Shown here: one piece after another, positions 19,355 to 29,139 of the stretch
Position numbering within the stretch: the stretch's first letter is position 1
Layout: each line of letters opens with the position of its first letter
Assembly: GCA_964535295.1 (NCBI GenBank)
Contig: CAZHUW010000001.1
Location: 677 to 64,676 of the forward strand
DNA length: 64,000 bases
Direction: 5' to 3'
Source: an uncultured Bacteroidota bacterium
GTDB lineage: Bacteria; CLD3; SB21
Translations under genes and position numbers: made by a program
Notes under the pieces: model-generated
Told to the model about the DNA's origin: nothing
Databases searched by the model: none
The model's input: only the letters and a program-made list of their open reading frames with translations

Positions 19355-20131
19355 CTATCCCCCAAAATTAACGCCGACTGCGGTGAGTCCTGCACTGATC
19401 AAAACCCAGATGAGCCAAAGCCCGATTACAAGAGCGGCTGTTTTACCTTTAGTGAATTTATACAACATCGAAAGACCAATGATCAGAACGGCCAATTGCC
19501 AGAAAGTAAAAATATCAAATTTGCTTAATAACACATACAGAGGGGTACGGGTAGCGCCTTCGGCCGCCAAAATACCTAAACCCGTATCAACTCGCATGGT
19601 CTCATTTACCATCATAAGTGGGACCTTGATGATTCCAGCCAGTATATCGATCAGGCTGCTATATCCAAAGATCGATAAGACCTGAAGATAAGTTCCTTCC
19701 CCTTTGAATATTTTGGATCCGCCTATATGAATAAAGAGTCCTGCCAACAAAAACATCCCAAGTACAACAATTAATCCCACGCCAATGCCTACGGCCCAAA
19801 ACTTTTTCATCATCGAAACGGCCTGCTCGGCGGTCTGTTCTTTCTGACTGTCCGGGATCTGCGGGTTTTTCATAATGGATTCTTTCGTCGCAACAGCCTG
19901 TTCTTTTTGAATGATCTCTTTCAGCAAAATACTTGTTGTCAGAAACATCAGAAAAAAGAGAAGCATCGGAGTGACCCAATCCGGTTTGACAATGATGGCC
20001 TCAAACGTTTTTGAGGGAGTGACAAAAAGATTGACGATCCGGTTAAAGACGTTCATTTCCGCAACGGGTTCGGTCTGACTGGTTTCCATAATCTTACTCC
20101 TCAGTATGTTTTGATTAATTTTAAACCCCAA
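19355..20131 (-). CDS. Yip1-domain (DUF1282-like) polytopic membrane protein.
   Basis: N-terminal NRIVNLFVTPSKTFEAI motif, then 5 TM helices. Confidence 0.6.
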   Translation of the reverse strand: MGFKINQNILRSKIMETSQTEPVAEMNVFNRIVNLFVTPSKTFEAIIVKPDWVTPMLLFFLMFLTTSILLKEIIQKEQAVATKESIMKNPQIPDSQKEQTAEQAVSMMKKFWAVGIGVGLIVVLGMFLLAGLFIHIGGSKIFKGEGTYLQVLSIFGYSSLIDILAGIIKVPLMMVNETMRVDTGLGILAAEGATRTPLYVLLSKFDIFTFWQLAVLIIGLSMLYKFTKGKTAALVIGLWLIWVLISAGLTAVGVNFGG

Positions 20132-20140
20132 TACTTAACG

Positions 20141-21160
20141 TCAAGGTTTTAGGACAATTTTTCCAAATTGTATGGCATCTCTCATACGCTGGAACGCAGA
20201 TACAAAATCTTTAAATGAGAATAGTTGGTCCACAAAGGGAATAATCCGATACGTTTCGCAGAAGGCAAGCATGTTTTTGAAGTCATCTCGCGTGCCCATG
20301 GTGGAACCCTGGATCGTTAACTGTTTCCAGAATATTTTCCTAAGATCCAATGATTCTGGGTTTCCCGCGGTTGCACCGAAATTGACTATTCGTCCGCCCG
20401 GTTTGATCACGGCTAGTAATTCGCCAAACCCTTTTCCGCCGGCGCTATCGATGATCAGGTCTATACCTCCGAATTTTTCAGATTCAGCTGCGAGCTTTTT
20501 GAAGGCTTCTGATTCCAGATAATTTACACCGTAAACCGCTCCCGCCTTAACGGCCTGTTGTATTTTTTCATCACGACCCGATGTTACGAGTACTTTCGCG
20601 CCTGTAGCCAAGGCCATCTGCATAGCCAGAGCCGCCACTCCGCCACCAATACCCGTGATCAGAACCGTTTCATCTTTTGTTATTTTTCCATTCACAAAGA
20701 TGGCGCGAAAAGCCGTCAGCCCTCCCAGCGGCAGCGCCGCCGCTTCCTCGTCTGATAAGTAAACCGGCTTGGCAAATAAATTATGAACAGGAACCACCAC
20801 ATATTCAGCTAAGGTTCCGTTATCGGGCATCCCTAAAATCGTGAAGTCTTTTCCCTGCGCTCGGGAATCACTTCCCCAGTTGAGACTGGGATGAATCACA
20901 ACCTGACAACCAACAAGACCTTTATCTTTTTGGTCCCCCACACTGACAACTTCACCGGCGCCGTCGGAACCCAATATAACAGGAACTTTGATCTTGGCGT
21001 AAAGCCCCAGAATGATCCACAGATCACGGTGATTAAGCGCAGCTGCTTTGATGCGTACAATAGCTTCGCCTGCTTTGGCTATCGGGAACTCGACGTCTTC
21101 ATAAGACATTTTATCAAGACTGCCTATATCGCGCAGAACAAGCGCTTTCATCGTTTTCAT
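20141..21160 (-). CDS. Medium-chain dehydrogenase/reductase (zinc-type ADH / quinone oxidoreductase family).
   Basis: 339 aa. GroES-like N-terminal domain and a Rossmann motif GIGGGVAALAMQMA. Confidence 0.8.
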   Translation of the reverse strand: MKTMKALVLRDIGSLDKMSYEDVEFPIAKAGEAIVRIKAAALNHRDLWIILGLYAKIKVPVILGSDGAGEVVSVGDQKDKGLVGCQVVIHPSLNWGSDSRAQGKDFTILGMPDNGTLAEYVVVPVHNLFAKPVYLSDEEAAALPLGGLTAFRAIFVNGKITKDETVLITGIGGGVAALAMQMALATGAKVLVTSGRDEKIQQAVKAGAVYGVNYLESEAFKKLAAESEKFGGIDLIIDSAGGKGFGELLAVIKPGGRIVNFGATAGNPESLDLRKIFWKQLTIQGSTMGTRDDFKNMLAFCETYRIIPFVDQLFSFKDFVSAFQRMRDAIQFGKIVLKP

Positions 21161-21198
21161 AGCCAGTTCATCTAACGATAATGATATGAATCAGTAAG

Positions 21199-21636
21199 TT
21201 AAACCGTTAATTTATCATTTGAACAGAAGATTTCATAAGCCGCAGCCAGCTTATTGGCAACGTCGACGGCAGAATGACCCTCGATCTCATAACGTTGCAG
21301 CGCCCAAACGAATTTACCGTCTTTAAACAGGAACATTGACGGCGATGAGGGCGGAAGCGGAGACACGAGGCTGCGAACTTTCGCAACAGCATCCAGATCC
21401 TGCCCGGCAAAAACGGTAACCAACTTATCCGGTATCACTTTACTTTGCAGGGATAATGCGACTCCGGGGCGGGCCATGCCGGCTGCACACCCACACACGG
21501 AATTTACTACGACAAGCGCAGTACCCTGTGGGTTATTGATAAATTGCTCTACATCCTGAGCGTTTTTTAATTCTGTAAACCCGACCCGCGTCAGTTCCTG
21601 ACGCATAGGCGCTACCATTCTTTCATCGTACGGCAT
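21199..21636 (-). CDS. BrxA/BrxB-family bacilliredoxin (DUF1094; YphP/YqiW-like thiol-disulfide oxidoreductase).
   Basis: Near full-length match to B. subtilis BrxA, including the redox motif VVVNSVCGCAAG and the C-terminal EIEGH. Confidence 0.8.
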   Translation of the reverse strand: MPYDERMVAPMRQELTRVGFTELKNAQDVEQFINNPQGTALVVVNSVCGCAAGMARPGVALSLQSKVIPDKLVTVFAGQDLDAVAKVRSLVSPLPPSSPSMFLFKDGKFVWALQRYEIEGHSAVDVANKLAAAYEIFCSNDKLTV

Positions 21637-21782
21637 TTTACTCCTTCATTATTATGCTTCAATTACTCCAAGATATTTTTTTTTCTTTTCAATGTCAATA
21701 CAGGTAACTAACCGACCCATCGAGAGTCCAAGCCTAAAATTTGCAAGAGTTAAAATGATGGATTCAGACCCATAAGTCATTC

Positions 21783-21895
21783 CCGGTAACCGGTTGTTTC
21801 AAAATGTTCCAACTTAATCGTTTTGAAACACAAATTTTGGCGATCCAAATAATTTTTTCATTACTAAATCTATAATTAACAATATATTATTGTTA
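21783..21895. promoter_or_regulatory. Cluster of palindromes in an AT-rich intergenic island; candidate operator/promoter elements.
   Basis: CCGGTAACCGG (21783-21793). TGTTTCAAAA-N16-TTTTGAAACA (21795-21830). TAACAATAtatTATTGTTA (21877-21895). Confidence 0.35.
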
Positions 21896-21958
21896 CCATA
21901 TGAATTGGCAATGTATTTGTATTACAATAGGGCATTCAAAACAAATCCATAAACCAAT

Positions 21959-22324
21959 TTGATCGGAGGCACTTTTTTTATGCAATCAAAACAAAGAGTG
22001 GCCGTTGAAAAGAAATCCAAGAGCGTACCCTTATTCATGGACCTTGAAAGCCGCATCTTGCGTTTTGGCTTAGATTGTGAACCCACATCGGCCAACGTCG
22101 TGGCCAAACGTCTGCGCATGAAAGAAAACGCCAAAAACATAGGAATGATCCGCGCGATCCTTGAAAAGCTGATCACTGAAAAGAAAGTATACAAACTCGG
22201 GAGCCGCTATGCGATCGATTACGGCGGAGGTATGAATCTGATGAAATCTTTCTGTATAAAGCTTTCCAATGAAAACTATAAAATCAATAATTACGTCTTT
22301 GAAAATATCAGTTCTCAGTCCTAG
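21959..22324 (+). CDS. Small basic hypothetical protein, possibly a winged-helix DNA-binding protein. The true start is probably the ATG at 21980, after GGAGG.
   Basis: 121-aa ORF inside the low-GC island. The helix-turn-helix-wing-like stretch is ANVVAKRLRMKENAKNIGMIRAILEKLITEKKVYKLGSRYAI. A strong terminator follows. Confidence 0.4.
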   Translation: MIGGTFFMQSKQRVAVEKKSKSVPLFMDLESRILRFGLDCEPTSANVVAKRLRMKENAKNIGMIRAILEKLITEKKVYKLGSRYAIDYGGGMNLMKSFCIKLSNENYKINNYVFENISSQS

Positions 22325-22345
22325 ATCAAGGGAATGGGACTCTCA

Positions 22346-22386
22346 CAAAAACGCCCCGGTTCATTGCCGGGGCGTTTTTTATTTTA
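22346..22386. terminator. Bidirectional intrinsic terminator.
   Basis: 10-bp GC-rich stem AACGCCCCGG (22350-22359) / CCGGGGCGTT (22367-22376) with a 7-nt loop. Flanked by an A-run and a T-run. Sits between the convergent small ORF and the S41 peptidase gene. Confidence 0.75.
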
Positions 22387-23958
22387 TTTTTTCGTTCCTG
22401 CCTCTGCGAATTTTTTCGCTTCCGGAAAATATTTAACGGCTTCTTTAATGACAGGGTCGGCCTTCAATCGAACCTGGGCCGACTCATTGAGGCTCCAAAT
22501 GTAACGGGCCAGTTCTCCTTTGATCACATTTTTCATATCCTCTTTGTCTTTTTCCAATGCTTTTTCGTCCGCTGCAACCCCTTTCTGTATTCCCAATTGG
22601 ATCAACGATTGAAATTCTGTTTCGGAAATCTCATATGATGAGAAGAATTTCTTATAATTTTCCTTATACTGATTCCGCAGAGCCGGTCCGTTCTTCTCAA
22701 GAAACTTATTCACAAATTCTCTAAAAACGCCTTTGCTCCAAAGCTTCGCATAATAGACGGTGAACGTATCGTTGTCAATGTGATAATCCGGCACAATGCC
22801 GCCGCCGCCGAAGACTTTTCGTCCCATCGCCGTGTAAAATACTTTGGTTGAGTCGGTATGCAGCGTGTCATTCAAATGCGCTTCACCGTAATAATCTTCG
22901 ATAGATTTTCCGTTATACGGACGTTGAATAAGCCTTCCGCTTGGTGTGTAATAACGCGCGGTGGTAATGCGTACCGCCGAACCGTCATTAAGATCGTATT
23001 GCGACTGAACCAGTCCTTTGCCGAAAGTTCGCTCACCTACAACAAGTGCGCGATCCAGATCCTGCAACGCCCCGGCTACGATCTCGGAGGCCGATGCGGA
23101 ATACCGGTTCACCAGAACAATAAGCGGTATCTTCCGATGTGAAAGCTTGGATGTAGAGGTATATTCTTTGGAAGAATTGCCAATACGCCCTTTGGTATAA
23201 ACGATCATTTTGCCGGCCGGCAAAAATTTATCCACAATCATTTCAGCTTGCTCCAAATAGCCACCACCATTGTTCCTCAGGTCAAGTATCAATTGCTTCA
23301 TTCCCGCGGCCTGAAGTTCCAGCAAGGCTTGTTCGATCTCATTCTCTGAAGTTTCAGCAAATTTATTCAGCCGAATAAACCCCGTCTGGTCATCCAGCAT
23401 GAACTTGGCGTCTACAGTGAAAATCGGTATCTTATCGCGAACAATATCAAATTCCAGTAATTCGCTGACGCCGGGCCGTTCTATGGTTACGTGTACTGTC
23501 GTTCCTTTCGGCCCTTTGAGCCTTTTAAAAACATCTTCCGTCGTAATATCCTTGGCAGGACTACGGTCAATTTGAACAATCTTATCACCGGCAAGAATTC
23601 CCGCCCGGTCCGACGGCGTTCCCGGTATAGGCGAAACGACCGTAAGATATCCGTTGACGATCTCAAATGAAATGCCGATGCCTTCAAAATTTCCCTGAAA
23701 CTCCTCTTTGACCTGCTTCATTTCTTTAGGCGGAATATACACAGAATGAGGATCAAGTCCTTTGAGCGCTCCTACAATAGCGTCGTCGATCAGCTTATTG
23801 GCATCCACATCTTCCACATAAGTTTTTTCGATTACATCCAGAACGCCTCGCAGTTTACCCGAACTCTGCATCGCCTGTTTACCGGTCTGCATAAACCCGG
23901 TAATAACCGCAATGACCACCACCACAAATAACGCAGGCATGATAATTCGTTTGTTCAT
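22384..23958 (-). CDS. S41-family C-terminal processing (tail-specific) peptidase.
   Basis: 524 aa. N-terminal TM, PDZ domain (GTPSDRAGILAGDKIVQID) and the S41 catalytic domain. Confidence 0.85.
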   Translation of the reverse strand: MNKRIIMPALFVVVVIAVITGFMQTGKQAMQSSGKLRGVLDVIEKTYVEDVDANKLIDDAIVGALKGLDPHSVYIPPKEMKQVKEEFQGNFEGIGISFEIVNGYLTVVSPIPGTPSDRAGILAGDKIVQIDRSPAKDITTEDVFKRLKGPKGTTVHVTIERPGVSELLEFDIVRDKIPIFTVDAKFMLDDQTGFIRLNKFAETSENEIEQALLELQAAGMKQLILDLRNNGGGYLEQAEMIVDKFLPAGKMIVYTKGRIGNSSKEYTSTSKLSHRKIPLIVLVNRYSASASEIVAGALQDLDRALVVGERTFGKGLVQSQYDLNDGSAVRITTARYYTPSGRLIQRPYNGKSIEDYYGEAHLNDTLHTDSTKVFYTAMGRKVFGGGGIVPDYHIDNDTFTVYYAKLWSKGVFREFVNKFLEKNGPALRNQYKENYKKFFSSYEISETEFQSLIQLGIQKGVAADEKALEKDKEDMKNVIKGELARYIWSLNESAQVRLKADPVIKEAVKYFPEAKKFAEAGTKK

Positions 23959-23994
23959 AGCATCTCCTTTATCATATATGCACCATACTATTTT

Positions 23995-25572
23995 TTATTT
24001 GCTTTTCAGGCGGGTATCTGTAAATTTTTTTGCCTGAGGAAAATACGTCATCGCCTGTTTCAAAGCCGGGTCATTCTGGAATCGTATCTGAGAGGCCTCA
24101 AAACTGGTCCAGATATACCGCGCCACTTCCGCTTTGACGAGGTTCTTCATCAGTTCCTTATCGGTATTGACTGCGCTCTGATCGATCGGGATACCTTTCT
24201 GCACACCAATATTGAGCATCTCCTGAACATCCGAATCGGTAAAATCAAAGGACTTGCTGAATTGAACGAATTTTGATTTATATTCCTCGCGCAGCTTCGG
24301 CCCGTTCTTTTCAAGATAATTATTGGTGAACTCCCGGAAAACGCCTTTTCCCCAAAGTTTGATATAATAAGCCGTAACCGTATCATTGTCGGTGATCCTG
24401 TAATCCGGTACGATACCGCCGCCGCCGTAGACTTTGCGGCCAACGGAAGTATAAAATACTTTGGATGTATCCGTCTGAAGCGTATCGTTAAGGCGCGCCT
24501 CTCCGTAATAATCCTCCAGCGATTTATGATCGTAGGGACGCTGTATCAAACGGCCGCTGGGCGTGTAATAACGCGCAATAGTAATACGAACGGCGGAGCC
24601 GTCATTGAGATCAAATTGATTTTGAACCAATCCTTTTCCAAAACTACGTTCACCCACAACCAAACCGCGGTCCAGATCCTGAATAGCTCCGGCCACGATC
24701 TCCGACGCCGAGGCCGATCCGCGATTGATCAGTACCACGACCGGGTAATCTCTATACGACTTCTTCTCTGTGGAATAAAATTCCTGGGTAGCTCCCGGAA
24801 TGCGCCCTTTCATGTAAACGATCATTTTACCGCCGGGAATAAATTTATCCACGATCATTTTCGCTTCTTCCAAAATACCGCCCCCGTTATTCCGCATATC
24901 CAGAATAAGTTGCTTCATACCTTTGCCTTCAAGCTCCGTCAGCGCCTGTTCGATCTCTTCTGATGTTGTCTCGGCAAAACGCACAAATCGAATATAACCC
25001 GTTTTATCATCCAACATAAACTTTGCGTCCACGCTGTACACCGGGATCTTATCGCGGATAATATCAAATTCCAATAATTCGTCCAAGCCGGCCCGCTGTA
25101 TGCTGATATGAACGACGGTCCCTTTCGGGCCGCGGAGTTTTGAAACGGCTTCTTCAGTCGTGATGCCTTTGGTGGGAACGTTATTGATCATCATGACCTT
25201 ATCGCCACCCTGAATACCGATCTTCTCCGAAGGACTGCCCGGGATAGGTGTGACAATGGTAAGTTGCCCGTTGATCACATCGATCTGGCTTCCGATCCCT
25301 TCGAAATTACCTTTGAATTCTTCTTTGACCTGTTTCAGTTCTTTTGGGGGAATATAAACGGAATGAGGACCGAGGCTTTTTAGAACCCCGACGATGGCAT
25401 CATCCACTAGTTTGTCCCCATCTACATCTTCAACATACGTTCTAGAAATAAGGTCAAGAACCGTGTTCAGCTTAACGATGTTCTTATAAGCGTTTTGGCC
25501 AACATTTGAAAAGCCCGTCACCGCAATAACGGCTAAAAGAACCAGCAAAGAAAGTCCGATCTTTTTCTTCAT
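23995..25572 (-). CDS. S41-family C-terminal processing peptidase (tandem paralog).
   Basis: 525 aa, colinear with and highly similar to the neighbouring S41 protein. Confidence 0.85.
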   Translation of the reverse strand: MKKKIGLSLLVLLAVIAVTGFSNVGQNAYKNIVKLNTVLDLISRTYVEDVDGDKLVDDAIVGVLKSLGPHSVYIPPKELKQVKEEFKGNFEGIGSQIDVINGQLTIVTPIPGSPSEKIGIQGGDKVMMINNVPTKGITTEEAVSKLRGPKGTVVHISIQRAGLDELLEFDIIRDKIPVYSVDAKFMLDDKTGYIRFVRFAETTSEEIEQALTELEGKGMKQLILDMRNNGGGILEEAKMIVDKFIPGGKMIVYMKGRIPGATQEFYSTEKKSYRDYPVVVLINRGSASASEIVAGAIQDLDRGLVVGERSFGKGLVQNQFDLNDGSAVRITIARYYTPSGRLIQRPYDHKSLEDYYGEARLNDTLQTDTSKVFYTSVGRKVYGGGGIVPDYRITDNDTVTAYYIKLWGKGVFREFTNNYLEKNGPKLREEYKSKFVQFSKSFDFTDSDVQEMLNIGVQKGIPIDQSAVNTDKELMKNLVKAEVARYIWTSFEASQIRFQNDPALKQAMTYFPQAKKFTDTRLKSK

Positions 25573-25589
25573 AATGCTCCGTTCTATAT

Positions 25590-27779
25590 TTAATGATTAA
25601 TTTTTCTCGACAAGCTGAGGTTTATGTTTACGCGCCATACGTCACCGGGATTCAAAGAAATTTTCCAATGAGGGAAAACACAGGACTGCTGGTATACGCG
25701 TTCAAACCCCTCTTCAGAAAGCGAAATGGTTTCTACGGGAAACCGCCATACGGTAGACGGCTGATCAAAACTTAGATTAAGATCGATACTTAACCAATGA
25801 TCCACCATTCCCATTTCATTAACCGCTGAATTAATACCTTTACTCGCCAACGACCGGTCCGTTAGGGATTGGCCTGTAATATAATAATACCGGTCATCCG
25901 CTTTTCCGGCCAACAGAGTCAGGTTCAATTCCGGCCCAAAAATAGAATCGATCCTTTGTTGTCCATTGTTGCATATTTCATACGCCATTTCGACTTCACT
26001 CGAACCTGGAATCAAAGTCAAAGTTTTTTTGAGCAAAGCTTTGTTGCGATCAATCCGTCCTTCACGGAAGAACTCATATCGAATTTTTTTCTTATCCGAC
26101 AGGTCTTTACCTTGAAACGGTTGTTCAATGAAATTCCCTATCTCTAAAAAACGCCCTCTGTAGAAGTTATCAAACTCCGAATTTACCGGAATAAAATGGT
26201 CCAAAAAACTTTGACGTGTAAACCCATCATACAACAGGTATTCATGTAAATCCTTTTCTTTTGACAGTACAAGATCGTGAATACTGGCGATCTCATTCTC
26301 TTTTATTTTTTCTTTTGAAGCGCCTATTTCTGTTTTTGATCCCGTCAATTTGCTATGATATCCCTCTTCCCGCCGGGTCATCGTATCGCCAAGGTTCATC
26401 GGTACATCTTTGTACGATATCTCGAACAGCCCGGCACCATGATCTAGATCGACGTACAAATCCATTTGTCTCGTTTCAATCAGAACCTCGTCGTAGCCGT
26501 CCGCATTGTAATCGCCTTTTTCAATATGAAACCAGTTAACCGCCTCCCCGTTCTCAACAACGTCCAGGAAATTCTCACTCTGAAGCATTTCTTTGTACAT
26601 GGCATAACGGATATTATTCAGATAAATTCCGCCGAAGACGCCGTGCCAGTATGGACAATTGCATTGGGACGCCCAAAGATGATCCTGCGCTTTTTCAATC
26701 AAGCGGGCCTTTTCTTCAGCGGAACCTTGTGCGTCCGATGTCACGACCGCTTTCAGCATTTGAATGCGGTTACTCAACCTCAGCATTTTTTTGTGCATCC
26801 GGTTCGCTTCCGGATATTTCACCGAGAAATTTCGCCAGAATCCGCCGCGAACAAAGATCCCGTAGTTGTCAAATAAGGACCTTTCTTTGAGAATTTCCTC
26901 GAATTGCTCATACGCACGAAAACTCTTGACGGGAAGCGCCCAATGCTGCATCTCAGAATAAGACGAAGTCGGGATATACACTCTGCCCGCCGGTTTGATG
27001 CGGTTCGTTGCTTCGGAAAAATGAACGATATTGATCCAATCTTTGTTCTTTTCAAGTAATTTAAAGAACTTCTCCAGCCAGCCGTCTTCATAGACGTGTT
27101 TGTGGGTTTCCGGCCAAATACCGAATTTCTCACCGTCGTCCGCAAAAACGGCAATGTGCTGACCATCTTCAGTCGCTATATTCATCAGATACTCAATGGT
27201 TTTTTCAGGCTCCTGAAAAGGGATCGTATACCGGAGTGTTTTACTGATCGGAAAAACGTTGATCTTATGCCCTTCTTCCTCGGTCACAAAATAACCGTTG
27301 AGATCTTCTTCTTCAAGTCCGGTATATTTGAAATGCGTGTCATCGAGGATCACATAACGCATGGACGCCTGATTAAACGGCTTCGGCAAATGAGGCTCCC
27401 AGACTCGTTCCGCAACCCACATGCCGTTCGGCTTGACGCCGAGTTTTTCTTCACAGTATGAACTAAGTTTTTTTATCTGCCCGAGTTTGTCGTGATCCGG
27501 TATCACCGCCATAATGGGCTCATAAAATCCGCCGCCGATAACTTCGATCTGGCCGCTGTCAACCATGGCACGCAGCCGGCTGATGAACTCAGGATAAGTC
27601 CGATCGATCCATTCAAGCAGAATACCTGTAAAATGCATACCGACTTTGATCGTCGGATATTGTGCAAGCAATTCCAGAAAAGGGTTATACGCTTTTTGGT
27701 AGGCCTGATCAAAAACGAAATCAAAATTTCCGACGGGCTGGTGGTTGTGGATCCCGATGATAAAATTTATTTTTTTCAA
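25590..27779 (-). CDS. GH57-family alpha-glucan enzyme (alpha-amylase / 4-alpha-glucanotransferase-like, with DUF1925/DUF1926-type C-terminal regions).
   Basis: N-terminus IIGIHNHQPVGNF...EVIGGGFYEP is the GH57 catalytic signature. 729 aa. Confidence 0.8.
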   Translation of the reverse strand: MKKINFIIGIHNHQPVGNFDFVFDQAYQKAYNPFLELLAQYPTIKVGMHFTGILLEWIDRTYPEFISRLRAMVDSGQIEVIGGGFYEPIMAVIPDHDKLGQIKKLSSYCEEKLGVKPNGMWVAERVWEPHLPKPFNQASMRYVILDDTHFKYTGLEEEDLNGYFVTEEEGHKINVFPISKTLRYTIPFQEPEKTIEYLMNIATEDGQHIAVFADDGEKFGIWPETHKHVYEDGWLEKFFKLLEKNKDWINIVHFSEATNRIKPAGRVYIPTSSYSEMQHWALPVKSFRAYEQFEEILKERSLFDNYGIFVRGGFWRNFSVKYPEANRMHKKMLRLSNRIQMLKAVVTSDAQGSAEEKARLIEKAQDHLWASQCNCPYWHGVFGGIYLNNIRYAMYKEMLQSENFLDVVENGEAVNWFHIEKGDYNADGYDEVLIETRQMDLYVDLDHGAGLFEISYKDVPMNLGDTMTRREEGYHSKLTGSKTEIGASKEKIKENEIASIHDLVLSKEKDLHEYLLYDGFTRQSFLDHFIPVNSEFDNFYRGRFLEIGNFIEQPFQGKDLSDKKKIRYEFFREGRIDRNKALLKKTLTLIPGSSEVEMAYEICNNGQQRIDSIFGPELNLTLLAGKADDRYYYITGQSLTDRSLASKGINSAVNEMGMVDHWLSIDLNLSFDQPSTVWRFPVETISLSEEGFERVYQQSCVFPHWKISLNPGDVWRVNINLSLSRKINH

Positions 27780-27797
27780 GGCAAGCCTGTGAGGTTA

Positions 27798-28718
27798 TTA
27801 TTCAACAATCGCTTTAACAAAATCATGCGGATTAAATTCTTCCAGATCTTCCATTCCTTCTCCGATACCGATGTAGAAAACGGGGATCTTCAATTCCTGT
27901 TGTATCGCCAGAACGACCCCTCCTTTCGCTGTGCCGTCCAATTTTGTCAGAACAAGCCCCGTGATCCGCGCCGTTTGTGAGAATTGTTTTGCCTGCTGGA
28001 TCGCGTTCTGGCCCGTGGTTGCATCCAGCACCAAAAGTGTTTCATGCGGCGCCTGCGGAATTTGTTTCTCGATCACTCGACGAATCTTCTTCAGTTCTTC
28101 CATCAGATTCACTTTCGTGTGCAATCTGCCGGCCGTATCGACCAGAACCACGTCAAACCCGCGCGATTTGGCTGAGGCCAGAGCATCAAACACGACCGCC
28201 GCCGGATCGGCGCCTTCAGCCTGCCGGATGATTTCAACTTGCGATCGTTCTGCCCAAACGGCTAACTGACCGCCCGCCGCCGCCCTGAACGTATCGCCTG
28301 CCACAAGGAGAACTTTGTGCCCGGCTTTCGCATAACGATGCGCAAGTTTTCCGATCGTGGTGGTTTTACCAGTTCCATTAACCCCAACGATCAGAATAAC
28401 AAATGGTTTCTGCTGAGACAATTTTTTGTCCAGCGAAACGGCATCCGAGATAACAACCAATTTTTCGATCTCTTCCTCAAGCATGGAATAAATGATCTTA
28501 CTATCTCCATTTTTTTCTTTTTTTACTCGCTGCCGGATCTTTTCAAGAATTTTATGTGAGGTTGCAACGCCTATATCTGCGGTGATCAGGATCTCTTCGA
28601 TCTGCTCAAGAAGAGCATCATCGATTCCCGTTTTGCCCTGTAAAACGGCTGACAAACGGCCGAAAAGGTTATTCCGCGTTTTGGCCAGACGTTGTTTTAA
28701 AGTATCTATGATCGACAT
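27798..28718 (-). CDS. ftsY: Signal-recognition-particle receptor FtsY (short form).
   Basis: SRP54-type NG domain. G1 motif ILIVGVNGTGKTTTIGKLA and the G2-G4 motifs. Confidence 0.9.
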   Translation of the reverse strand: MSIIDTLKQRLAKTRNNLFGRLSAVLQGKTGIDDALLEQIEEILITADIGVATSHKILEKIRQRVKKEKNGDSKIIYSMLEEEIEKLVVISDAVSLDKKLSQQKPFVILIVGVNGTGKTTTIGKLAHRYAKAGHKVLLVAGDTFRAAAGGQLAVWAERSQVEIIRQAEGADPAAVVFDALASAKSRGFDVVLVDTAGRLHTKVNLMEELKKIRRVIEKQIPQAPHETLLVLDATTGQNAIQQAKQFSQTARITGLVLTKLDGTAKGGVVLAIQQELKIPVFYIGIGEGMEDLEEFNPHDFVKAIVE

Positions 28719-28736
28719 GAATTTCCTTTAATGCGT

Positions 28737-29126
28737 TCAGTTTTGACGAAAAAAATAATACAGATGAGCAGCCGCAATGCCAATAGCGTCGGCTAAGAAA
28801 TCAAACGCTGACGCGTAGCGGTTAGGTACAAACATCTGATGCATCTCATCGGATGCGCCATAAATCAAACTAAACAGAAGGCTCATTCCCATGACCCACA
28901 CAGCCCCTTTTTTATAAACATCCCCGTAGTGCGCGAACGCTCTGTAAGAAAATAGAGCCAGAACACCGAATACGCCGCTGTGAATGAATTTATCCGCAGA
29001 CCATATGTCAAGGGGCGGAAGCGACGTACCGTGTATCGAAGAAGCTGCAAAAATGAGCAGCGCCCACACCGCCAGCGGATAAAAATATTTCGGCTGCAGT
29101 TTTTGCGCGGTATTTGCTGATTTCAC
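28737..29126 (-). CDS. VanZ-like family membrane protein.
   Basis: 129 aa with 4 TMs. Conserved GASDEMHQMFVPNR...DFLADAIG pattern of VanZ-like proteins. Confidence 0.7.
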   Translation of the reverse strand: MKSANTAQKLQPKYFYPLAVWALLIFAASSIHGTSLPPLDIWSADKFIHSGVFGVLALFSYRAFAHYGDVYKKGAVWVMGMSLLFSLIYGASDEMHQMFVPNRYASAFDFLADAIGIAAAHLYYFFRQN

Positions 29127-29139
29127 AATTACTTTTATG

